DNA of 64,000 nucleotides from Bacilli bacterium (GTDB lineage Bacteria; Bacillota_I; Bacilli_A; RF39; UBA660): NCBI GenBank assembly GCA_017416535.1, contig JAFQCG010000001.1, positions 604,259 to 668,258 of the forward strand, read 5' to 3'. Shown piece by piece: positions 32,062 to 41,764 of this stretch (position 1 is its first letter; each line of letters starts with the position of its first letter). The notes under the pieces were generated by a model. It saw only the letters and a program-made list of their open reading frames with translations, ran no database searches and was not told where the DNA came from. The position numbers and the translations under genes were made by a program.

Positions 32062-34503
32062 ATGATCAGTAAACATGGTTTAGAAGATTTACTTAAAAAG
32101 TATGATGTTAATGCTCAAAGTATACTTGATTTTAAACGCGGTCGTATACTTGCTTTTGGTGATTATGAAAAAATTGATTATGCACTAAATTATTTGATCA
32201 TTGACTTAGAACTTAGACCTAGAAGAATTGAAAAATGTCCAAGTATTTTATACTTTGGTGTTAATCATTTAAAAGAAAATTATGATTTTTTATGTAGTAA
32301 GGGATTTAATGTTTTAAAACTTAATGATTGTTTACATGTTTTAAGTTGTGAACCTGAAGTTTTAAAAGATACTTATGATTATGTTAATAAATGGTATGGG
32401 GAAGAATTAGTTCATTATATGACTAGTGTTTTAAGTGTACCTGTTTCAGTAATTAATAGAATAGAAGAAGTAAGTGGTGGTAGACTTAGTAAGAAAGGTA
32501 TTTTATCTATTGCTGGTACTAAGACTGCAGCAGCTGAAAATTTAAAAAGAGAGTTTGTTGGAGATGTTTCTGATATTTCTAAAGTTATAGATTTATGTAT
32601 TCAATATGGTATTCCATATGAGGATGGTGGAAGTGTATTTGATAGAACTTCTAGTGAAATTAAAGCTATTATTCTTACGTGTGAAGAACATGGTATTGAT
32701 TATACAAAGGGTGGAAATATTTTTAAGAGAACTCCATTTGAAATAAAAGAAAATATTTTAATTTGTAAAAAGTATGGCATTGATTATAAAGATGGTGGGA
32801 TGTTATTTAGAAGAAATGCTATGGAATTAGAAAAGATAATTGAATTATGTGAAAAATATAATATTGATTATAGAAAGAATAAAACTATATTCCAGTGTGA
32901 CCCAGATGATGCTGAAGAAATAATTAAAATATGTATAGATAATGGAATTGATTATACTGGTGCATCTATTTATCAAAATAATCCAGATAGTTTAAGAGAT
33001 GTAATTGATGTTTGTCGTAAATATAATATTAATATTGATAAAGCTAGTTTAGTTTTCTTGCATGATGATTCAGAAATTGAAAAGATAGTAGAAGTTTGTT
33101 TAAAATATGGAATTAGATATCAAGATGGTGGTTCTATATTTAGACAAAAAGCTAGTGAGGTTGAAAAACTTGCTATATTATGTAGGCATTATGATATACC
33201 ATATAAAGATGGTGGAATGATTTTTAATAAGAATGCTGATGAATTAGGAGAATTTGTTGAAGTTTGTACTAGACTTGGTATTGATTATAAAAAAGGGAAA
33301 TCAGTTTATTATAGAAAAACAAGTGAATTAGAAGAAATTGCGAATATATGTATAGAAAATGGTATTAAGTATAAAGATGGAAGTACTGTCTTTGTTAAGA
33401 GTCCAGATGAAGTTAGAAGTATAGTAGAGGTGTGTAAAAAATATAATATTCCATATAAAGATGGCGGAAATGTTTTCCATGGAACGGCAAGTGAAATAGA
33501 AAGAATTGTTGAAGTTTGTTTAGAATATGGTGTTGATTATAAGAAGAGTACTACTGTATTTTGTAATAGTTCTGAAAACATTAAAGGAATATGTGAGTTC
33601 TGTGAGACAGAAGGTATTAATTATAAAAAAGGCGGAACTTTATTTAGAAAAAGTTGTGATGATGTTAAAGAAATTGTTAGTGTTTGTAAGGAATTAGGAA
33701 TTAAATATAAAGATGGTGGAACTGTGTTCCAAAGATTTGCTAATGAGATAAGAGGACTTGCTGAAGTATGTGATAAATATGGTATTAGTTATAAAAATGG
33801 TGGAGTTATTTATACTAAGAAGGCAAATGAAATAGAAGATATTGTTAAAGTGTGTGAACACTATGGAATTAAATATAAAGATGGTGGTACTATTTTTGAA
33901 AGTACTTCTGAAAGAATAAGTGAAGTATGTGAAGTTTGTAAGAAACTTGGTATTGATTATTCTAAAGGTGGTCTTTTATTTACAAAAAGTGCTAGTGAAA
34001 TTGAGGAAATCGTTGAAATATGTAGAGAATATAATATACCTTATGAAGATGCTGGAGGGGTATTTAAAAGTAAACCCGAAAGATTACGTGAAATTGCAAA
34101 AATTTGTAATGAAGCTGGTGTTGAGGTTAAAGGCGCTATTTTCTTTACTAATCCAGATAACTTAAGAGAAAGTATTAATTATGTAAGAGATAGCTTTGGA
34201 GATAGTTTTGTAAATAGAATGATTGTATATCAGAGTGTTGATAGATTAAAAGAAGTATTACCTTATTTAGAAAGTAATGGATATCTTGAAGGATTACTTG
34301 GTAAATCTACTACAATACTTTCTTTAACATTAGATGAAATTAAGTTAAGAGAAGAAGTTATTAGACGTAGTGGCGAAGATGTTTTAGTAAATGGAAACTT
34401 TAATTCTAAGTTTGGTCAAACAAGAAAAGTTTTTTTAGAAAAACATAGTGAAATTATTAGTAAAATAAATAATGGTATTAGTACTGGAAGTAATCATAAA
34501 TAA
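32062..34503 (+). CDS. mTERF-like tandem-repeat protein 2 (~19 x 28-aa repeats)
   Basis: Same caps and repeat consensus as the 27160 protein. Confidence 0.7.
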   Translation: MISKHGLEDLLKKYDVNAQSILDFKRGRILAFGDYEKIDYALNYLIIDLELRPRRIEKCPSILYFGVNHLKENYDFLCSKGFNVLKLNDCLHVLSCEPEVLKDTYDYVNKWYGEELVHYMTSVLSVPVSVINRIEEVSGGRLSKKGILSIAGTKTAAAENLKREFVGDVSDISKVIDLCIQYGIPYEDGGSVFDRTSSEIKAIILTCEEHGIDYTKGGNIFKRTPFEIKENILICKKYGIDYKDGGMLFRRNAMELEKIIELCEKYNIDYRKNKTIFQCDPDDAEEIIKICIDNGIDYTGASIYQNNPDSLRDVIDVCRKYNINIDKASLVFLHDDSEIEKIVEVCLKYGIRYQDGGSIFRQKASEVEKLAILCRHYDIPYKDGGMIFNKNADELGEFVEVCTRLGIDYKKGKSVYYRKTSELEEIANICIENGIKYKDGSTVFVKSPDEVRSIVEVCKKYNIPYKDGGNVFHGTASEIERIVEVCLEYGVDYKKSTTVFCNSSENIKGICEFCETEGINYKKGGTLFRKSCDDVKEIVSVCKELGIKYKDGGTVFQRFANEIRGLAEVCDKYGISYKNGGVIYTKKANEIEDIVKVCEHYGIKYKDGGTIFESTSERISEVCEVCKKLGIDYSKGGLLFTKSASEIEEIVEICREYNIPYEDAGGVFKSKPERLREIAKICNEAGVEVKGAIFFTNPDNLRESINYVRDSFGDSFVNRMIVYQSVDRLKEVLPYLESNGYLEGLLGKSTTILSLTLDEIKLREEVIRRSGEDVLVNGNFNSKFGQTRKVFLEKHSEIISKINNGISTGSNHK

Positions 34504-34597
34504 CTTTGTAAAGAGTATGTTTCATACTCTTTTTTTGTTTGTTATATTAGTGCTTTTATAGTAAAATATTATTAGAGTAAATAAGTAGGTGATATTA

Positions 34598-36874
34598 ATG
34601 ATACAAGAATATACATTACTTTCAGTATTGGATGAGTATGGCATTAATTTAGAAAATATACCTAGTATTAAACAAAATAGAATTTTAAGTTATGCAGAGT
34701 ATAGTGACATGGCTGGTGTATTAGAATTTCTTGTTAATGAGAAAGGTATTCTTCCTAAAAATATTGAAAAATGTCCTAGTGTTTTATATTTAAATCCTAG
34801 AGATGTAAAAAGTAATTATGATTTTTTAAGTAGAACACCTTTATATCAAACTAATATTGATAGTTGTCTACATATTTTAAATTGTAAACCTGAACGTTTA
34901 GAAGAAACTTATAATTATGTTATGAGTAATTATGGTATTGATTTAATTAATATTAATACATCTATTCTTAGAGTAACTATTTCTAGAATTCAAGATGTAG
35001 AAAATTTAATGAAGGATAAATTTTCTAAAAGAGATATTTTAAATGTTGCGACTACTTCAGTTGGACTTGATACTTTAGAAAAAATAATTGAAGTGTGTAG
35101 TATAAATAAAATTGATATATCGACTATTGTGTTTAGAAGTGATCCAGAAGAATTAGTTGATGTTGTTAGAACATGTGAAAAGTATAATATTGAACTTGAT
35201 AGTAATGCATTTTTATGTAATGCTTTTGAAATTGAACAAATAGCTAAACTGTGTAATAGATATAATGTTCCTATTTGTAATAGTATGTTTCAAAGAAAGA
35301 CATATGATGTTGAAAAGATTATTCAAACATGTCAAGAACTTAATGTTGAAGTAACTGGAAGTTTATTTGTTAGAACAGCGGATGAAATTAAAGCAGTTGT
35401 TCAAAAATGTAGAGAATTAGGAATTGAAGTTACAGGTAGTACTTTTCATAGAACAGCAGAGGAACTTGATGATTTAAAAGCAGTATGTGATGAGTTTGGT
35501 ATTAATTTATCTGGAACTGTATTTCATAGAACAGCTGATGAAATTAGAGATGTATTTAGAATTTGTAATGAATATAATATTGAAGTTACTAATAGTATGT
35601 TTCAAAAGACTAGTGAAGAATTTCATGATATTGTTAATACTGCTAGAGAATTAAATATTCCAATAAGTGCTTCATTATTTTCAAAGTCTGCAAGTGATAT
35701 AAAGATAATTATGAGAAAAGCATTAGAACTTGGAATTGAAATTACACCTAGTACTTTCTATGTAGATGCAGATGACTTTGAAAATGTTGTTAATGTATGT
35801 CAAAAGTATGGTTTAAAACCAGAAGGAATGGTATTTAAAAGAAGTTCTTTAGAAATAGAAGAAATGGCTGAATTTGCTATTAAGAATAATGTTGAACTTA
35901 AAGCTTCGATGTTTCAAAGAACTCCGAAGGATTTTAAAGAAATTATTACTTTTTGTAAGGATAGAGGAGTTAAGATTATTCCTTCAATGTTTGCAAGACA
36001 CAAAGAAGAAATTGAAGAGATTATAGATATATGTATAGAAAATAAATTAGAAGTACAGGCTAGTATTTTCTATAGAAATGCTAAAGAAGTTAAATCTATG
36101 ATTGATTTATGTAATGAAAAAGGTATTCCTATTAGTATTGGCTTTTTTATGAAACCTTATGAAGAAGGAAAGAAGATAATTGAATTTTGTTTAGAAAATG
36201 GAGTTACTCCGACAGGAACTATGTTCACTAAAGGGGTAGATGAAGTTAAAAAAATTGTTACTAAGTGTAGAGAATTAGGTATTGATGCTAGTGGAACAAT
36301 TTTTTTAAGAACCGCAGATGAGATTGATGAAATTTCTAAGATATGTGAAGAATTTGGTATTAAGACTAATGGATGTGTATTTGGACGTAGACCAAGTGAG
36401 ATAAGAGAGATTGCTGTTATTTGTCAAGAAATGGGTATTGAGATAACTGGTAGTGTATTTAAGAGAAGTCCAGAAGAATTTAAGGAAATTCTTGGAATAT
36501 GCAGTGAATATGGTATTAGTTATAGTCCTAGTATTTTAAAGAAAGATTCATCATCTTTAAGAGAAAGCATTGGATATGTACAAGAAAATTATGGCGATAG
36601 TTTCTTATTACCATTAATTGTTAGTAAGGGTAAAAAACATTTAGTAAAAGTATTACCTTATCTTGATGAAAAAGGATGTTTAGATGTTGTTAAAGATAGT
36701 GCAAGTATTTTATCTTTAAAGTTTGAGGAAATAATTGAGAGAGAAAAATTTATTGAATCAGTAGGAGAACAAATTGTTGTAGATGGAAGATTTAATTCGA
36801 TTTATGGATTAAGTAGAAATAGATATGAAGAAAAGAAAAAGACGTATAACAATGTCTCAGGAGTAAAAAAGTAG
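34598..36874 (+). CDS. mTERF-like tandem-repeat protein 3 (~19 x 26-aa repeats)
   Basis: Same caps; repeat CxELGIEhTGShFxRTAxEIxxIxxx. Confidence 0.7.
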   Translation: MIQEYTLLSVLDEYGINLENIPSIKQNRILSYAEYSDMAGVLEFLVNEKGILPKNIEKCPSVLYLNPRDVKSNYDFLSRTPLYQTNIDSCLHILNCKPERLEETYNYVMSNYGIDLININTSILRVTISRIQDVENLMKDKFSKRDILNVATTSVGLDTLEKIIEVCSINKIDISTIVFRSDPEELVDVVRTCEKYNIELDSNAFLCNAFEIEQIAKLCNRYNVPICNSMFQRKTYDVEKIIQTCQELNVEVTGSLFVRTADEIKAVVQKCRELGIEVTGSTFHRTAEELDDLKAVCDEFGINLSGTVFHRTADEIRDVFRICNEYNIEVTNSMFQKTSEEFHDIVNTARELNIPISASLFSKSASDIKIIMRKALELGIEITPSTFYVDADDFENVVNVCQKYGLKPEGMVFKRSSLEIEEMAEFAIKNNVELKASMFQRTPKDFKEIITFCKDRGVKIIPSMFARHKEEIEEIIDICIENKLEVQASIFYRNAKEVKSMIDLCNEKGIPISIGFFMKPYEEGKKIIEFCLENGVTPTGTMFTKGVDEVKKIVTKCRELGIDASGTIFLRTADEIDEISKICEEFGIKTNGCVFGRRPSEIREIAVICQEMGIEITGSVFKRSPEEFKEILGICSEYGISYSPSILKKDSSSLRESIGYVQENYGDSFLLPLIVSKGKKHLVKVLPYLDEKGCLDVVKDSASILSLKFEEIIEREKFIESVGEQIVVDGRFNSIYGLSRNRYEEKKKTYNNVSGVKK

Positions 36875-36883
36875 GAGGATATT

Positions 36884-37156
36884 ATGAATATAGATTTTGG
36901 TAAAATTAGAGAAATATATGGAGAAGATGCACTAGTTGCATGTAATGATAATTTAGATGATTTAGTTAAAAATATTAATTATTTAATAAAATTAGGTTTT
37001 GAAGATTATGAAGATATCATTGAAAGATTTCCTCTTGCATTTGTCGATGATCATGAAGTGGTTAAAGAGAAGATTGATAAGTTAATTGAAAGACTTGGAG
37101 ATGATTATATTAATATCTTAGGTGAAGATATGGGACTTTGGGAGGAACTATTATGA
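36884..37156 (+). CDS. Small acidic mTERF-repeat-like protein
   Basis: NINYLIKLGFEDYEDIIERFPLAF; stop overlaps the next ATG (ATGA). Confidence 0.55.
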   Translation: MNIDFGKIREIYGEDALVACNDNLDDLVKNINYLIKLGFEDYEDIIERFPLAFVDDHEVVKEKIDKLIERLGDDYINILGEDMGLWEELL

Positions 37157-38496
37157 TACAAGATGTTAAATCTGTATCACAATTATTAGGAAACTATGGT
37201 ATTGATTATAATGGATTAGATATTGATCAGAGAGAAAACTTAGAATTACAGGGTGATCCTGATAAAATGACTAAGGCTTTAGAGTTTTTGGTTAATATAT
37301 TAGGTGTTCCAACTAAGAAGATTGAAAAATGTCCTAGTGTTTTGTATTTAAATACTGGAAGTTTAAAACGTAATTATGAAGAACTAATTAGTAAGGGAAT
37401 TAATAGAGAAAAGATTGTTGGTTGTTTACATATTCTTAGTAGTGAGCCTGGTGTAATTAGTAATACTTATGATTATATTTCTGAACGTTATGGAGTAGAA
37501 ACATTTAATAAGAATGTTTCTATATTAGGAGTTCCTTTAAGTAGAATTAAGGAAATTGAAGAAAAGTTTGGTAAAAGAATTAGTAAGCAAGCATTACTTA
37601 GTGTTTGTATTACTACTTTACGTATTCCAGAGATTAATACTATTTTGAATATTTGTGAGGAGAAAAATATTCCAGTTACTAGTAGTTTCTTCCAAAAAGG
37701 TGTTGGAGAAATTAATGAGATTATTAATATTTGTTTAGAAAATAATATTGAGATTACTGGAAGTGTATTTAGAAAGAGTTCATTAGAATTAAAGAAGGTA
37801 ATTCAAGTATGTCGTGAAAAAGGTATTGAACTTACTGGAAGTGTGTTTTTAAAAGATGCTGAAGAAGTCGGAAAGATTGCTGATACATGTAGAAAACATG
37901 GTATTCCAATAACTGGAAGTGTATTTAGAAGAGATGCATCTGAAATTGATAAAATAGTAGAAGTTTGTAATGAATTAGGTATTCCTGTTAGTGGAACTGT
38001 TTTATTAAGAGATGCAGAAGAAATTAGAAAAATACATAAAGTATGTAATGAATATGGTATTCCTATTAGTGCTAATGTATTTAAGAAGAGCGCTAGTGAA
38101 ATTGAAGATATAGCATTAGTATGTAAAAAATACGATATTGTTGTTACAGCTACTTTGTTTAAGAAGAGTGCAAGTAGTTTAGAGAAAAGTTTATCATATG
38201 TACGAGATAATTATGGTAAGTCTTATATGATTCCATTAGTAGTAGTTACTGATAGAACTCATTTAGAAAGAGTATTTCCACATTTAGATGAGAAAGGAAC
38301 ATTGACTTCAGTAATTGCATCTCCTGCTATACTTACTTTAAAGTTTGATGAAATACTTGAAAGAGAAAGTTTAATTTCTAGTATTGGAGAAGATGATGTT
38401 GTTAATGGTAGATTTAATCCAATATATGGATTAAGTAGAAAAAAATATGATGAAAAGAAGAAATCTGTTAAGAAAAAAGGGGCTGAAAGTAAATGA
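37153..38496 (+). CDS. mTERF-like tandem-repeat protein 4 (~7 x 26-aa repeats)
   Basis: GGAGG RBS at 37141; same caps. Confidence 0.7.
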   Translation: MIQDVKSVSQLLGNYGIDYNGLDIDQRENLELQGDPDKMTKALEFLVNILGVPTKKIEKCPSVLYLNTGSLKRNYEELISKGINREKIVGCLHILSSEPGVISNTYDYISERYGVETFNKNVSILGVPLSRIKEIEEKFGKRISKQALLSVCITTLRIPEINTILNICEEKNIPVTSSFFQKGVGEINEIINICLENNIEITGSVFRKSSLELKKVIQVCREKGIELTGSVFLKDAEEVGKIADTCRKHGIPITGSVFRRDASEIDKIVEVCNELGIPVSGTVLLRDAEEIRKIHKVCNEYGIPISANVFKKSASEIEDIALVCKKYDIVVTATLFKKSASSLEKSLSYVRDNYGKSYMIPLVVVTDRTHLERVFPHLDEKGTLTSVIASPAILTLKFDEILERESLISSIGEDDVVNGRFNPIYGLSRKKYDEKKKSVKKKGAESK

Positions 38497-38915
38497 GAGA
38501 TCCAGAATTTATTGAATTGAAAAATAAGTTTTTTATTGGGATGGGAATTGTCATTTTATTTGCAATTCCAATTATGATTTTTTTAATAAAGACTTATGGT
38601 AATTCTAATGTATTAAATAAGATTAATAAGAAGGATTCATTTACTATATTAGTTGTTTCTAAAGATTGTGATAATTGTAGTATGGTTAATTCTGCTTTAA
38701 AAAAGAATGATGTAAAGTATGTTAAACTTAATAGTTCTACTAATAAGAATTATGAAGAGATTATGAAAAAACTTACTATAGAAAATAAAAGTAATGAATT
38801 TCCTTTTATTGTTTATGTTGATGAGGGAATTATGAAAGCTAATTTATTCTCTATTGAGAGTGAAAAAGATGTAGCAGAATTTGTTGAGTATCATGGGTTG
38901 AATAATTCAAAGTAG
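38493..38915 (+). CDS. Membrane-anchored thioredoxin-fold protein
   Basis: TM helix, CDNC motif, FPFIVY. Confidence 0.65.
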   Translation: MRDPEFIELKNKFFIGMGIVILFAIPIMIFLIKTYGNSNVLNKINKKDSFTILVVSKDCDNCSMVNSALKKNDVKYVKLNSSTNKNYEEIMKKLTIENKSNEFPFIVYVDEGIMKANLFSIESEKDVAEFVEYHGLNNSK

Positions 38916-38973
38916 TAATTGTATTTTAAATGTATTTAAGATATAATTTTAATAGTATAAGGAGTATGAAATT

Positions 38974-39717
38974 ATGGGTAAACTTGTAGCAATAGTTACT
39001 GGTAGTAATCGTGGTATCGGTAAAGCAACAATTGAAGAATTTGCAAAGAATGGTATTAATGTTGTGATTAATTATTGTCATCATGAAGAAGAAGCATTAG
39101 AATTTTTAGATTATATTGGTAGTACATATGATGTTGATTGTATGGCTGTTAAATGTGATGTTTCAGTTGAAGATGATGTTGAAAAGATGGTTAATGCAGT
39201 AGTTGATCGTTTTGGTACTATAGATATACTTGTTAATAATGCTAGTGTTTGTAGGGATAGTTTGCTCCTTGATAAATCAGTTAAAAATTTTAAAAGAATT
39301 TTAGATGTTAATTTAATAGGTACTTATTTATGTAGTAAGTATGTTGGTCGTGTTATGTTAGAAAAGAAGAGTGGTATTATTATTAACATTTCTTCTACTA
39401 ATGCAATTGATACTTATTATCCAGAAAGTTGTGATTATGACGCTTCTAAAGCGGGAGTTATTTCTCTTACTCATAATTTAGCAAGAGAGTTTGCTCCAAA
39501 TATTAGAGTTAATTGTATATGTCCTGGATGGGTTAAGACTGATATGAATAAAGATTTATCTATTGAACAAATAAATGAAGAAAGAAGAAATATATTAGTT
39601 GGTAGATTTGCTGAAGCAGAGGAGATTGCGAAAGTAATTAATTTCTTAGTTAGTGAAGATGCTAGTTATGTTAATGATTCAATAATCAGGGTTGATGGTG
39701 GAAAATACAACGGGTAG
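38974..39717 (+). CDS. SDR-family oxidoreductase (FabG-like)
   Basis: TGSNRGIG, LVNNA, YDASK, VNCICPG. Confidence 0.9.
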   Translation: MGKLVAIVTGSNRGIGKATIEEFAKNGINVVINYCHHEEEALEFLDYIGSTYDVDCMAVKCDVSVEDDVEKMVNAVVDRFGTIDILVNNASVCRDSLLLDKSVKNFKRILDVNLIGTYLCSKYVGRVMLEKKSGIIINISSTNAIDTYYPESCDYDASKAGVISLTHNLAREFAPNIRVNCICPGWVKTDMNKDLSIEQINEERRNILVGRFAEAEEIAKVINFLVSEDASYVNDSIIRVDGGKYNG

Positions 39718-39727
39718 GAGAGATAAG

Positions 39728-40978
39728 ATGTATAAAAAGTTAGGAATTAGTGAAGAAGTAGTTGAACTTGTTAATTATTGTGAAGAGGACTGTTTAGAAG
39801 AGTTTAAAAAGATTGATGAAACTTGTATGAATAATAGTTTAAAAGTATTAAGTAGTTTTCATGAAAATAGAGTTAATGAGTCACATTTTAATTCGACTAC
39901 TGGTTATGGATATAATGATATTGGTAGAGACAAAATAGAAGAAGTATTTAGAGATGTACTTGGGGCAGAAGATGCTTTAGTTAGAAATCAATTTGTTTCT
40001 GGAAGTCATGCTTTAAATGTTTGTTTCTTTGCATTACTTAGACCTGGAGATTTACTTTTAAGTATATGTGGTAAACCATATGATACATTAGATGAAGTAA
40101 TTGGGATTAAGGAAAATGCTAGTTCATTAATGAGTTTTGGTGTTAAGTATGACCAAATTGAACTTGTTAATGATGATTTTGATTATGAGAAAATTAGAAA
40201 TTATATTTCTACTCATAAAGTAAAGGTAGTAGAGATTCAAAGAAGTAAAGGATATTCTACTCGTAAGAGTTTAAGTATTGAAAAATGTGAAAAAGTAATT
40301 AAGTTAATTAAAGAAATTGATAGTGGAATTATTGTTATGGTAGATAACTGTTACTGTGAATTTGTAGGTGATATTGAACCTGTTTCTGTTGGAGCTGATA
40401 TTATGGTTGGTTCTTTAATTAAGAATTTAGGTGGAGGTATTGCTCCTAATGGTGCTTATATTGCTGGACGTCATGATTTAGTAGAACTTTGTGGAGAAAG
40501 ATTAACTTTACCTGGTGAAGGAAGAGAAGTTGGTCCAACTCTTGGAATTAATAAACAAATACTTCAAGGTATTTATATGGCTCCTAGTGTAGTTGCTGCA
40601 TCACTTAAAACTGCAGTTTTAACTAGTAGAGTTATGGAAAGATTAGGATTTGAAGTAGAACCTAAATATAATGAAAAACGTGCTGATATAGTTCAAAATA
40701 TTATATTTAGAGATCCAGATAAATTAATTGAATTTACTAGAGGTATTCAACAAGCATCGGCAATTGATTCTTCAGCGACAGTTGAAGCTAGTGATATGCC
40801 TGGTTATCAAGATAAGATAATTATGGCGAGTGGTTCATTTACACAAGGTTCTTCAATAGAACTTTCATGTGATGGACCAATTAGAGAACCCTATATAGCG
40901 TATATGCAAGGTTCACTTACATATCCATATGGGAAGTTAGGTTTGATGAAAGCAGTTCAAAGACTGCTTCATAAATAG
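39728..40978 (+). CDS. PLP-dependent YnbB/aluminium-resistance (methionine gamma-lyase family) protein
   Basis: TGYGYNDIGRD, IQRSKGY, VDNCY, GSLIKNLGGG, GSSIELSCDGP. Confidence 0.9.
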   Translation: MYKKLGISEEVVELVNYCEEDCLEEFKKIDETCMNNSLKVLSSFHENRVNESHFNSTTGYGYNDIGRDKIEEVFRDVLGAEDALVRNQFVSGSHALNVCFFALLRPGDLLLSICGKPYDTLDEVIGIKENASSLMSFGVKYDQIELVNDDFDYEKIRNYISTHKVKVVEIQRSKGYSTRKSLSIEKCEKVIKLIKEIDSGIIVMVDNCYCEFVGDIEPVSVGADIMVGSLIKNLGGGIAPNGAYIAGRHDLVELCGERLTLPGEGREVGPTLGINKQILQGIYMAPSVVAASLKTAVLTSRVMERLGFEVEPKYNEKRADIVQNIIFRDPDKLIEFTRGIQQASAIDSSATVEASDMPGYQDKIIMASGSFTQGSSIELSCDGPIREPYIAYMQGSLTYPYGKLGLMKAVQRLLHK

Positions 40979-40987
40979 AAGGAAGGA

Positions 40988-41695
40988 GTGGAAGTAATGA
41001 GTACTTACGGAGATTATGGATCTTATGGTTCATATGGTTCAACTGGATTAGATTCACTTTTTGGGGCAGCAATTGGTTTATTAATTTTTGCTTTAATTAT
41101 TGGTCTTGTTGCAGTTGTATTTGTAGTCCTAATGCTTATTGGTCAATGGAAATCATTTAAGAAAGCAGGTTATAAAGGATGGGAAGCATTAATTGCTGGA
41201 CATAGTAATTTTGTTAACTGTACTTTTGCTGGAATTAATCCAATTTGGGTATTATTCTTATTATTTGGTGGAATCTTAAATGCAATTCCATTTATTGGAT
41301 GGTTAGCTTATTTAGGTATTTTAGGATACTATCAAGTTGTACTTGGAATTAGTACTGCAAAAGCATTTGGTAAAGGTACTGGATTTGGTATTGCTTTAGC
41401 AATTCCTGTTTCTGCACCAATCGCTTGGTTTATTCTAGGTGGTAAGAATGTTCAATATATTGGAAAAAATCCATGTAATGATCCTATTATGGGTATTTTT
41501 GATAAGAGTGCTAATAACAATCAACAAGCAAATCAAAACCAACAATATAATGGTGGTTTCCAACAACCAATGAATCAACCGATGAATAATCAACCAATGA
41601 ATAATCAACCACAAGTTAAGTTTTGTACTGGTTGTGGATATAAAGTTACTAATGGTGAGAGATTCTGTCCTGGTTGCGGAAAAGAAATGCTTTAA
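40988..41695 (+). CDS. Membrane protein (DUF5684-like) with Q/N-rich linker and C-terminal zinc ribbon
   Basis: WKSFKKAG..GW, KAFGKGTGFG, FCTGCG..FCPGCG. Confidence 0.65.
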   Translation: MEVMSTYGDYGSYGSYGSTGLDSLFGAAIGLLIFALIIGLVAVVFVVLMLIGQWKSFKKAGYKGWEALIAGHSNFVNCTFAGINPIWVLFLLFGGILNAIPFIGWLAYLGILGYYQVVLGISTAKAFGKGTGFGIALAIPVSAPIAWFILGGKNVQYIGKNPCNDPIMGIFDKSANNNQQANQNQQYNGGFQQPMNQPMNNQPMNNQPQVKFCTGCGYKVTNGERFCPGCGKEML

Positions 41696-41764
41696 TATAA
41701 AAAAGAGAATATTTAAGAATATTCTTTTTTTTTTAACATAAATTATAGTGATAGGAGGAGTCGT

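Noticed and set aside
27706-38200. CRISPR array or DNA tandem repeat suggested by 84/78-bp periodicity
   Set aside because: Periodicity is protein-level within open ORFs, with synonymous divergence and no identical repeat-spacer structure
41510-41612. CAACCAATGAAT(AAT) short repeats as a possible DGR template or VNTR system
   Set aside because: Encodes a QPMNN low-complexity linker inside a membrane protein and has no similarity to the variable region
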